A stretch of DNA of 64,000 nucleotides, from positions 1,054,001 through 1,118,000 of the forward strand of contig JAMWBK010000007.1 in the NCBI GenBank assembly GCA_029953675.1, read 5' to 3'. Of this stretch, positions 1 through 11,197 are shown one piece after another. This DNA is from Rhodosorus marinus CCMP1338. Taxonomy: Eukaryota > Plantae > Rhodophyta. The position numbers were made by a program, and so were the translations under genes. The notes beneath the pieces are model-generated. The model was given only the letters and a program-made list of their open reading frames with translations. It made no database searches and had not been told where the DNA came from. The number at the start of each line of letters is the position of its first letter. Within the stretch, counting starts at the first letter, position 1.

Positions 1-99
1 CTGGGGTGATATCGTGCCACGTTCTTTCTGGAGGCCCCGTTACCTTTTAGGATCTCGCCTGTTTGTTAAAGTTTCTTGCCTCTTAGCAGATGGAGCTCT

Positions 100-2400
100 T
101 TTTCTGAAAAGTGACCGAGAAAAGTGGGTCCTACACAAACAACCCCCAGTATAAGGAGTCCTCTATTGCCAGCGTAATCCTTCGCGTTGTAGACGTCTCC
201 ACCCGGTCGTCCGCCTCTTGTCCTCCGTAGACCCAGCGGAGCTCCCCAAATGCACGAAAAATTATGACGATAAAAGGTAGCCTGCAGATGGACGCCTTCG
301 AGGAACCAAAAAAACAAAAAACAAAAGGTCCTAACCGTAAAATTCTAAGCATTGGCCAAAGAAAAATTACACCACCACCACGACTTCTATTTTTGTTATA
401 TTTTAGGACCCGCAAACGGCCACTCCTCAATTACTGTAGAAATAAACCATGCACCTTGAAAAATACAGAAAACAAGATGTGGATACAGGGGAAAAACCCT
501 GCTCTACGGGCCGGCCAAAAAAAGGGAAAACATTTTGCTGAAGAGATCTATCAGTAGCCAACAATTAGCCCTCCGAAGAGAATATATATTATTAAATATT
601 ATTACCATAGAACAAGGAAGAGTAAAACGTCGTTTCCGATGGATAATCAATAAAAAATTGATCAGGCCTGGAGAAAAGTTGCCATTATTGAAGAATTGGG
701 TGTGTTTTTTTTTGTTAGTTTGACAGTTGAGAAGAGTACGCATGTAATGTGCGTTTTTTGGCAGAGAACGAGTTGCTAGTTTGAGGGTGGGGGGACTGGG
801 TTGAAAAGACGACTGGTGGCTTGACGTAAAAAAAGCCATTTTTTGGGGTACTTGCTTCACCTGGAGATCATGGCAAGTACTCCCGATAAGTCTTGAAGTC
901 GAACAGCGGCAGGGAAAGCGGCTGGATCTCTTCTTGAAAAGGATAACGAGAGCCGGAGGACGGGGCGGGAGTAGGGGGGCCGGTTCATTATTGAGGCAGA
1001 GACGCGGTTTTCTTTCAAAAGGGAAGAAGGGAAAGTGCTTGCTTATCGGCCACAAGCAAAGACCTTTTGTTTTTTTTTTCGGGTGTCCAGAGGCAAACTT
1101 TTTCGTTGAGGGTTTTTTCGCCGGAGTCGCTTTTTTTCTGTCGCTTAATCGTTTTTGGTAGTCGAATATATCGAAAATATGCTTGATGCAAGGGAGAGTC
1201 TTTTCCCGTTGGTGAAGCCCGTGTGTTGGCAAACTGGAAAAGATGGTGAGTGTGGTTTGATAAAAACAAAAAAATAGACGGCTTGTCTAGTCACCACCAT
1301 GGCAGTGGAAGCGGCCATAGTGGTGACTAGACGAGCCGTCTTTTTTTTGTTCCCAAGAGCTAGCAGTGGCAAACGACGTAACCACCACACTGCGTAACTT
1401 GTTCGTCACAAACAATAGCGAGCGGTTCCCCAACGAAATTCTTCAGTTTCTTCCTTCTTACATACTATCGCTCAATGACTTGATTCGGTTATCCGAACTT
1501 TTCCTCCCAGCTTCGTTTAGGCTCCAAACTTTTGCCGATCTGATCATGGCTGACTATGACTCAGCAGCCAACCGAACGTTTTGTGTCAGGGAGCCCTCGT
1601 CTCCTCCCGAAGAAACTCTAACCAGTTCAGTCCAAGATTCGCTGGCCGCGTATCTAATACCCCACCTCCTGTAACAGGGGTTGATTCGTATAGATAGCCT
1701 CTCCTCGGCTACAATGCTCGAACGTGTAAATCCACTCCAGTCTTCTCGTACGAGTATGACCAGGGGGGCGTCGCAACCAAACAAAAGAAGAAGAGCTTGG
1801 ACTCCCAGTAAGTTGGTACCTACAAAACACGCCCAGTGCACCAAATCAATACAAATGCGCGGATCATGCCAATCAGGTTTTTTTTTCCGCGGAACCCCCC
1901 TTTCCGCCTCCGCCCCTGCCCCCTTCACCTGAGGCGAAGATAAAGGATCCCGGCGTTTCTTCTAAGAATGACGTATTGTGCAGTTCTTTAGGCTCTGGCA
2001 AGTGATTGAAAGTTAAAAGTCCTATCTAACGAATAAAGTTCACAATCCCAACAATATTCCAACCACGTTCATGGCCTATGAGCAAACTACACCCCAAGGA
2101 ATACACTACTCAGGCTCGTTTTCAAAGTCTCCAATTTTCTTAGGGGTACCAAAAATTTGTTGACCAGCCCCCGGAGATGCCTATAACAATCTCTTCATAT
2201 TTTTTGAGAAAAAGAGCTGGAGAAGTTTTTGTACCCCCCTTCCCTTTTCCGAGTACAAATGCTGTGAAATCGATTTCCAAGGGCTTGCTTTTGAGCTGGC
2301 TCCGGGATCTATTTATTTTCCGAACAAAACAATACTCCAAGAAGTTTGAAAGTGGCTATCAGCAGTTGTCATTGATTGTTTCTACTAATATACAGTATCG
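100..2400 (-). mobile_element. Highly degenerate Ty3/gypsy LTR-retrotransposon pol remnant (RT and integrase traces)
   Basis: Minus-strand frames give KKKPDWHDPRICIDL (about 1830-1890; cf. RT KKDG..R.CIDYR), HYMRTLLNCQTNK (about 710-750; cf. integrase HHCC YV..C..CQ..K) and WLLIDLFSKMFSL (about 520-570; cf. VVVD.FSK). Order is RT then IN on the minus strand, with many stops and frameshifts. Confidence 0.55.
1266..1350. repeat. Near-perfect inverted repeat / stem-loop (about 37-bp arms, 10-nt loop)
   Basis: acaaaaaaatagacggcttgtctagtcaccaccatggc - agtggaagcg - gccatagtggtgactagacgagccgtcttttttttgt; arms differ by two substitutions and about one base in the A/T run. Confidence 0.9.
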
Positions 2401-4057
2401 AGTAAGCCATTACCATAATCTTCAACAGAAAAAGAAAATTGATTGAGAAAAGGAAAAACGGCGGGAACGGAATTTTTTTCTCTCTGCCTTGATTAAGGGG
2501 AAAAATTGCGTCGTTTAATAAATAAAAAAGTGGATAAACGTCCGAAACTGAACAACTTTGGAAAGAACGAAACTAAAAAAAACCTCCTCATTTGAAGCAT
2601 GAGCTTCCTAACACCCTAAACACCAAATTTACGGAACTTCTCCACACGATTGGCATCCCTCGTTCGAAAAGGGTGCGTACAAAACCCCTATTCAACGAGG
2701 TCGAACAGGGGGATAGTAGCGGCTTAGCTCGGTTTTCCCGCCTGTCTTACACGCACGCCCTGGCACCTTTGAAAACATATATTAGGCATTCCAACCGTGT
2801 TTTCATACTAGCAGAGGAGACCCTTGAAGTAATGATGAATACCAACACACCAACGAAAGTTCTACGAGCGTGGAATAGTTCACGAGATGCCGCGTGTCCC
2901 AACAACTGAAAATACGTATTTATATTGTTAGAAGATTGGAACGCGCGGCGCGAGAGCATATTCTGTTTTCTTTGAGATTTTGAAGGCCTCCGAGGAGGAA
3001 CTTCGTTTGAAAAAAAAACCTAATGCATTTCTTTTACTATCAAGGGGTCAGTCTGTTTCCCTTCTAGTTTTATTGCTTTTTTGTGCTCAAACCTCAGTGC
3101 TAGATAATCAGGAAAAATGGTGGGGCGTGTGTGGCAATTCTTTAGGAAGCGGCCGTGAAAGGACGGCTACTTGTTTTTGTTTTTTTTATGTAATCGAAGG
3201 TCAGATTTTTTCTTTAGAACAAAAACCATCGGTTCTATTCACTACGTATAACATCCACCTCAGTCGCTCCTAAACTCGGAAGCCGCGTAGATAAAAAAGG
3301 AACGAACAAACAAAATTGCAACTCATGTTTTTTCAAAGAAAAATATGGATATCCAGTTAGGTGGAGACCTCTCATTCACCAGTCCTCTGCGAAAAGCAAA
3401 AAAAAAGTGAAAGCGAAGTTCCTAACCCCATTTTTTGCTCCCTCACCTTCATTTAATTAAATTAAACAATTGCTTCTTCCCTCCCAACCCCTGTTCAACA
3501 AGAAAATTATGGAACCTCATAATGCGGTGTTTTATTCCCAAAAAACAAACAGCTAAGGAGCTTCAGATGAAGTACAAAAAAGAGACGTACTTTTAACCCC
3601 CTATAGTCTACAACTAAACTAATTGATAAACGAGTTTTGAACATGTTTTATTGTCGGTATTAGCCCGGAATCCGCTTTCGTTTTACCCTCCTCCTCCGTC
3701 CCTTACGTTCCTTTTCCACTTTCGTCCTCCGACTCAGTAAGGGACGAGGCATATTTAGCTGCTCAGACGTTTTGGAGGTGTAAATTCTGTTTAATGGAAT
3801 TCTTTTACAGGATTGAATGAAGTACACATTATTAAAAGGGACGAAATTGTGGTTTTTCTTATCGGTTTGCACTGGTCGTGGGTTTTTTCCGTCTTTCGCA
3901 TTCAGGCTTTTATTGTATTGTAGTTTTGAAATAATATAGAGCTTATTTAAAAGGCAAATGGAAATGCCTTATATATGGGCAAAAAAGAGTTGCGACCACT
4001 GCGGGCCTTTTAGCAATTGGTCGGGGGAAGGAATGGGGCACGCAATATGGATTGTGT

Positions 4058-4059
4058 AT

Positions 4060-4094
<35 letters not shown>
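4058..4094. repeat. (AT)n microsatellite
   Basis: atacatacatatatatatatatatatatatatatat, about 240 bp upstream of the ATG at 4335. Confidence 0.95.
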
Positions 4095-4334
4095 GTCTAT
4101 GTATGTCGAAACCGATCGGCCGAGCTGAGGGAAGTCGGCTTGGCTAACGGTTCACGGGGAGGGACAATGGAGTAATGGGGGTGTGTTTCGATTTGGGATT
4201 TGTTGAGAGTGTTTAACACTCGGTGGGGAAGGGGCTGCAGGGTGGGGGATTGTCGAAGGGGGAAGAGAAAGGGGAACCCAGCGAGTAAGGGTAGGGTGAA
4301 CTATTGTAAAAGTCCTGGTAGTTTTCTGGAGCGA

Positions 4335-5570
4335 ATGGGGAAGGTGGTAGTGGGTTTGCTTGGGCTTGCGCTCTTTGCGGTTGTTTCCGGGGCTCCACCC
4401 AAATTTACTTTAGAGCATGCGCGGATCTTGAGATGTGAACAAGGCACGGGTGGGGTATTGACAGAAGCGTTCGAGGTGCTTATTTCAAGGCCTCGTTGTA
4501 CATACGAGTGCCACGAATACTTCACAAGTATTGACGATCTCACAAATGAGGTTTCCCGAGCTGAAGATTGCCACAGGGCAACTCTGGAATATAGCTTGGC
4601 CTGCTACGAAGACCCAAATCACGACTCCGGCTGCGGTAGCCTGGACCCCAACGCTTTCCAACCTACCTCACAAGCAGAAGTTGAGCAGGAATTGGAGGAT
4701 AAGTGGGAACCCGTTTATGAGAATGTGTTGTACGATTATTCATGCAAGATCCACATCGACGGTGAGAAAAAGCTCTGCGCGTCGTCGCAAGCGATCATGG
4801 CAATAGTAAACGGGATTGCCATGGCATGTGCGGGACGAGATGAGTCCGAGCTAGATGAAGTCGTCCTAAGTGAAGAAGTTTTGAGCTGTGACTCCCCGCA
4901 CACGCTTCCCATTTCAGACAACCAGTTTGATCCAGACCTGCTGGATGTGGTTGAAGACCCTGCGCCAGTAGACGATCCCGATACATGTCCGACGGATTGC
5001 ACAAGCGAAGAAAAGGAGGACCTGTATGAGTACTACCTGAATCTCCTCTCATCGCTTGAGGATGTAGCGGACGAAATGCTCGCGGATCAAAATGAGATGA
5101 GCGCCCTAAGTCTCAGTGTCTACAACAAGGCGGATGGATCTAGCTACCACGATGCCTGGATGAGAAAATTTGACCAGCTGAGCATTTGGATAGCTGTCAC
5201 CGTTGAGCGAAAGGACGAGGCAGTTGCTAGGATTGCAGAGGTTGAAGCTGATCTGGATACTCTAGTTCAATTGAATCCTTGGCTGGAAGGTTCCTCCAGA
5301 ATAGCGGTACCGGCGCGGAAAATGGCATCGGCCGTTAGGGAAATAAGTTCCGATCATAGGTGTTTGGACAAACCAGAGTGTGACGGACATATATGGAAGA
5401 AGCAAATCTGGTTGCACAATCAATGTCGGTCGATCTGTATTAGCTATATCTGCACAGATAGGCTCACCTTGCGATACTGTTTGGAGAAGACATTGAACTG
5501 GGGATTGACTAACAAGAAGTGCCACGCTAATCAGTATACAAGAAGGAAATGTTTCGACGCCTACAGTTAA
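4335..5570 (+). CDS. Secreted cysteine-rich protein of unknown family (about 411 aa, single exon)
   Basis: Long uninterrupted ORF. The ATG at 4335 gives a signal-peptide-like MGKVVVGLLGLALFAVVSGA, followed by Cys-rich N- and C-terminal regions, an acidic Pro/Asp linker and a helical heptad-like middle. Confidence 0.85.
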   Translation: MGKVVVGLLGLALFAVVSGAPPKFTLEHARILRCEQGTGGVLTEAFEVLISRPRCTYECHEYFTSIDDLTNEVSRAEDCHRATLEYSLACYEDPNHDSGCGSLDPNAFQPTSQAEVEQELEDKWEPVYENVLYDYSCKIHIDGEKKLCASSQAIMAIVNGIAMACAGRDESELDEVVLSEEVLSCDSPHTLPISDNQFDPDLLDVVEDPAPVDDPDTCPTDCTSEEKEDLYEYYLNLLSSLEDVADEMLADQNEMSALSLSVYNKADGSSYHDAWMRKFDQLSIWIAVTVERKDEAVARIAEVEADLDTLVQLNPWLEGSSRIAVPARKMASAVREISSDHRCLDKPECDGHIWKKQIWLHNQCRSICISYICTDRLTLRYCLEKTLNWGLTNKKCHANQYTRRKCFDAYS

Positions 5571-6078
5571 TGTTTTTGCCCTTACCAACAGTCGGCGCGG
5601 AGAGGGGCGTGTACAGGAGAACAGACGGCGTGAGGGAGTGATTCAATCCCGGCCTATGTTTTTGTCACTTTAGGAAAACTTTTTAATTATAAATGAGAAC
5701 AATACTTTTCAGTCTAGATCCATTTCTGTTATCAGCTGCAACTCGAAGATGTCGTAGCGACCACTGGAGTGCAGATCCTGCAGTTGAGATCGAATCAACT
5801 GGGACAGTTGCAAGGGCATCTACCCCTCATCGGCGGTAGCGACCAGTCCGATTCCACATCCGCAACAATCCAGTACACTTGTTGATACCCTTCAAACGTA
5901 ACCGGTCCACCCCAGCTTTCGTTTTCTGGATTGGCCAGCGCAGTAGGCACTGCTCGCACAGACACTGCTCGCTCCTCAGAGTTACGATTTATTCACATGC
6001 TCACGGAATGCAGCCACTTAGTTTTGGCCTCCACAATCCACAAGTTTCCTTCTTGGTTCTTCGCTTCCCCCCAACTTT

Positions 6079-7311
6079 TTAAGCTCCGAGTCGCAGATCT
6101 TCCCCGACACTCCCAGGCAATTGGTAGCCACTACCATAATCAATCTCCCACAATTTCACATCGGTGCGGTTGTAGAGCTCCCTCAGGCTCCTCCTCACGA
6201 GCTCGTTCGAGTCTAGATAAAGTTCTCGGTGTAAGGTCGCACCTACGGTCTTCAAACTCTCCTCGCTCAGCTGCTCGTAGTACGCGCAGTTCTTGCACAC
6301 CTGAACGTTTGCCTTCGGGAGCTCCACGGATCTGGTCTCAAGGTTGATCTGCCTCCCGAAGTGCTCAATGCAGGGTTTAAGATAAGCGAGCTCTGATAGT
6401 GGATTCTCGACCATGTTCTCATAGACGAGAAAGCAAAACTGCTCTGGTCTAAAGAACTTGAACCTGTGCAAAGTCGAACAAAAGAGTTCTCAGTTTCTCC
6501 TATGGACGAGTTACCCAATTTGCTTGGAAAGTCCTCGGCGTGGTCTCGTTTCCCGTTCGTACCAATGAGACAATATGTAGCCGTAGAGTCCGGAAGTGAA
6601 GTGGTAGGCGATGATATCAAAGTAGGCGGTTGTCATTCCAGTTTCTTCAATGTAGACGTGATGGTCATGGTAGGACGGATATGCTTGCGATCTCGCCGTG
6701 TGATAGCAAGCTGGGAAGACTTCGGGTGGACTCCCAGCAGCAAGCATGCACTTTGCGATAGCCTCAGTCGCGTATTTGCTCATCAGAGAAAACTTGTAGT
6801 CGAAGCATAGATAGGCCTCTCTGTAGTTTTCGTAAAACATTCCAAACGCGTGCACGTGCGTGTACCACGAATATGCGCGCTGAACAGGATCGCGCATGAT
6901 CATGATAAAGCGCAGCCTCTCTGCGTTCATTCCAGCTTGGATACGCACAGGAGCTTGCGCAAAGGCAGTGTAGTCAGCGCTAGCATCGATCCCAACTTGG
7001 TCAGTCGATTTACGCAATCCGTAAGCTCCAATGTACCAAGACCACCCCCGGTCATAGAAATAATTGAAGAACTGCGGCTCCTTAACGAGCGGTATTCCAA
7101 CGGGAAGCGTCAAATCGAGCTTGAAATTCTCCGTCAAAGCCCGAAAAACGGCAGTAGAGCCACACTTCTGAGCACCCAGAAGGAACAACTCCGGACACAG
7201 CTCGCGACCTACCGCCTGCTCTCTGCATACGTTCTCAGCGATCTCAGCCAGAGTCGAAGCGAGCAAAACAGAGACGGAACACAAAGCCCATAGCTTTCCG
7301 TAGGGTATCAT
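6079..7311 (-). CDS. Signal-anchored PAPS-dependent sulfotransferase, heparan-sulfate 3-O-sulfotransferase-like
   Basis: 5'-PSB motif LFLLGAQKCGST, KEPQFF, DASADY, and 3'-PB motif FIMIMRDPVQRAYSWY. A 99-nt intron 6464-6562 (GTACGA..TTGCACAG) joins HW to FKFFRPEQFCFLVYE. Hydrophobic N-terminus. Confidence 0.9.
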
Positions 7312-10300
7312 TTTATCCAAAAAAGAAGGTTCATAGACCTACAAGAGCTACAAGAAAGCTTCCTAGCCAGTCCCGTTGCTTACGGATCATCCACAGCACA
7401 CCCAACAGGCCTCGAACCGCATACGAAAGTCGCCTTATATTTAGGTATTAAGGTAAAATATTCAAGATTAAGACTTATACAACTTTAAATAATGAATAGT
7501 TGATCTAAACAGATTGGCGATTCGGGATCGGTGGCCTTTGTCATTTCGGGTTTGAGGATGGGGGAGAAAACACTGCTTTTGTTTAGTTCACTGCCATGAA
7601 AGAACCTGTCTCTGCTGCTACTCTCAAACTTTTCTGTAGCGGTTGGAATCATCGGAAGTCGGATACTAAAGAGGCCAAGCCGCTACTCAGACTTCGTCGG
7701 CATCTCCTCTCGTTTGGAGTTGTAGCAGCGAGCCGAAGGGATTCCGAGCCTTCTGGTTCATCGGCAATTTCCAGGGAAAGGAGCGATCCCGTCTACCTGC
7801 GTTCGAATACATACGGACTGTCGATGGCTGTGGACATGGTTCGAAGTGCTTGCTTTGCTTCCCTTCAGCGGACTTCGCCGGGGATCTTACCATGACTTGG
7901 CTCGTCTCACATGTGGGACTAGATGAAGCCCCTTTCTTTTGTTGCAAGCAACCCCGTTCAAATGCGACTTGTCGGAGCAATAAGCCATAAGAAAGTAAAG
8001 TTCTCCGCAGGTCCAAAACCCCAGATTCTTAAAAGGCTTTCAGCGTCACCTGTTTATATACGGATATTCGTTCAAAAAACTTAGGTTTTACACGAATTAG
8101 GCCTGAAGAAAACGCGGTGGCTAAGTGACGATGAAGAAACTATTCTGTTCGAGTCAAGTACTGATTGAAGGCAATCATTTCGAATATATTCAATCGAAGG
8201 GGACCAACGAGAAACTAGGATTCCTTCAACATTATTTAAAACGAACATTAGGGTACAAAACTAGGATTAGATATAAAATTTCATGTTTTAACGAAGCTTT
8301 CTGACCGACATGGCGTAGAATTAATATGCTATATTATTTGAAAATATTTTAGTTCGGAGAATGATTGATATGATTTTGCTCAAGAAATGCAAAATATATG
8401 TATTTGTAGAGCCTCAATGACGTAGATTTTCTTGCTTCGTTTTTCCGAGTGTTTTGCGTAGAGGGGGACGAATAGGATGGATGTAGACTGCTTAGTGAGA
8501 TATGATTTGAATTCTTGGTTGCCAAGAGAGGACGGGGCGAGGAAGATAAACGTGCGAATAACGTGCGTCTTGATATCAGTCCCGGAAACTAGGCTTTACC
8601 TCGAACGACCAGAAGCAAGCTCTATTTACCCCCCTATCTAGTGGATGGTGCTGCGAGCATAGGCTCAGCCAAGCCACCACATTTGCGCGGCCATGAGAAA
8701 ACAAAAGGCGCAAAAACAGTCTAGAGAAAAAAGGAGCGCGGGCTGCTGCGGACTTTTTCTATTGCTGAAAAAGCGGGATAAAACCTATCACCCGCAAGTA
8801 AGCGTGACTTGCGACGGCCCCAAAAACCCCAGTCGCATTGGGCTGGACGAGTCACGGGGCCGCGAGCTGCTCTGCGCTTGAATTCCAAAACATGAATTCA
8901 TACCTCTCCATAAAAGCGAAAAACGGGTCAGTCCTTGAGCAAAAACAAGGCAGTGGCCGCCATGCCCCGGGGGTAAAGGACATATCTGAGCGGCTTCAAG
9001 AGAAGCGCTTACTATTCCCAAAAGCCCAGGGCAGTTGGCACGTAGATGCCCCGTTCATACGCAAACTTTCGTTGAAGACTCTTAAAACCCCCGTGCCGGC
9101 TTTTGGCGTTTGTAAGCAACATCAATGTGAGATAGTTTATTGTTCGTTTACGTTGTGAGCGTTTGAACTTCTGCCCCGGGGATCGTGGAAGCACAGATTA
9201 GCGACAGAAGCGAACGCTTGAGATTAGTCTGGGGTTACCAGAGATTAGCGACGCAAATGAACGCTTGAGAGCTTCCAAAAGGTGTCTGGGCAAATTTTCC
9301 GATAATGCTTTTCTCTTATCTATAAGGAGTTTGGAAGGTTAGTTCAGTTCGAAGAGGATTCGAAACTAAATACGTATGCTTTCTTTTGAGTACATGGCAG
9401 TAGAGGTTCAAGGTCTCCTACACGTGTTTGTATTGAGAAGAAAAGACTGGGTTTTCCTCTTTTGCCGACAAGGGTTTGGTCAACACTTGGGGTTGCTTGC
9501 CGGCTGCGCCTTAATTTCCTGGTCGTTTGCATCAAACATGCATGTCGAAAATGTGCCTGTGGAAATTCCAGCGTCGAACTCGTCGATAGATGAGGACGTG
9601 TGACCAAAGCGATTGTGGGCAGTATTGTATCTCACAACTGTCGCTTGTCCCATAATCCTGCTTACGACGCGTCTCCCTCTGCCGAGATGACTTTCTATTT
9701 CGGACGTGAGAGCTTGCTGTCCTTCTTGTAGCTCTTCCGGGAAGAAACAGAACTATCGCGTATAGCCGTACACCTGCTGGTGCTGTAATCCTTTCAAGTC
9801 CCCTGCCTCCGTTTACTGCCGTCCACTATCCAGACCACGTCAAACCTTCAGCAGGGCAACGAAATGATTCCGGAATAGCCAAGCTCAGCGACGCCAATGT
9901 GAGTTGAACATTTCAAACTGGAAAGAGAATTCCTATATGCAGTAAGTCGACCGAAGCGGTCTGTGGTCGAGTCCAGAATGACTATGATACCACTTCTCAG
10001 AGATCAATAGGCTCCTTCACAGTTCAAAGGCAAACATCAAACACATTGCAAGCATTAGATCGTTCGTTGCGAACGCTGCCTGAGGACTCGACGCAGGGGA
10101 TCGGTTTCAAGCATGAAACCGTTCCTCACAGCTTCAGCGCAGTGTTTGTTTACGTCGTTCCCCGTATCATCTGTTCGAAGAGGCTTGAGTGCTGCCTCCT
10201 GCTAAGCGGACTGCATCAATCTTGGACTAGAATACGTAGATATCCTTCACCACAATGCTCAACAGCACTAGAAAACGCAAAACACCGTCCTCTCAGGCGG

Positions 10301-11197
10301 TAGAGCTAATCTTTATCAGCCCATAGACCACACGACAGACTCGAGCCTTCTACGATCAGGATTTTCTGAAACTAAGACGTTCATGACTCGCGCATAGGAC
10401 TAGCCAAGTAACAGGTCACCACCCCGTACCGTGGGTACCTCAAAGCAACAACAGAAAGCTAACCTTTTAGATATTGCAACCCTGAAGTCTGTCTTCTACA
10501 AAGACCAAGCACAAACGGACTAGATAGGCCGGGGCGCATGCAGAATAACATGCACGTCTAAAATCAAATGAAGAGGACCCTTCTTAAGACAGTCACATCG
10601 TCAGCAACGCTCCTCCTCAACAAGAACGACCCCATGACGTTCGTCTTCTTCCAATCACGACATGCATCAGATGCAAATTTGGAACAACGGGCTGACCAGA
10701 ATTAGATTTATTGCCAAAAACTAACCCCAATTGATCACAATTTTAACAATTAAAAATAAAAAAAGGAACCGAGATATAAAAAAGGTATATATTTAGAAAA
10801 TCTGGTGTCCATCCCTTGGTGAACGAATCTCACCAAAACTAGACTCTTCTATCAAAATCTAGAACAATATATGTATAAATAAAATAAAAAACAAATAAAA
10901 TAGAGGATAATATCTAAAATAAGATCCATTTAGAACATTTAGAATTGTGTTGGATACCGTTTGCGGACGCCCTGTTCAGGATTTCCGAACAGATTCCGTT
11001 CTTCTTGAGGAACGCCAGTGGCTTGGGTCTCTGGAAGGGAGAAGGGCTTGGACTCAGAGGATAAGAGTAGCAGAAAATGGAGAAGAAAATCGCAGAGTTG
11101 TGAAGATATCTGACGAGTCTAAAGAGGGGCAAGATAGCACGGTCTAGACGCATCTGCTGCTTTCTTGGATGGTGTAATTTATCCGTATTGGGAAGGT

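Noticed and set aside
4200-4334. N-terminal extension of the secreted protein
   Set aside because: It starts at TTG; the ATG at 4335 immediately precedes a signal peptide.
7596-8016. Small ORFs on both strands
   Set aside because: No motif; the longer one starts at a non-ATG codon; probably non-coding.
9330-10300. Possible pseudogene on the minus strand
   Set aside because: Only short open stretches separated by several stops, with no recognisable family.
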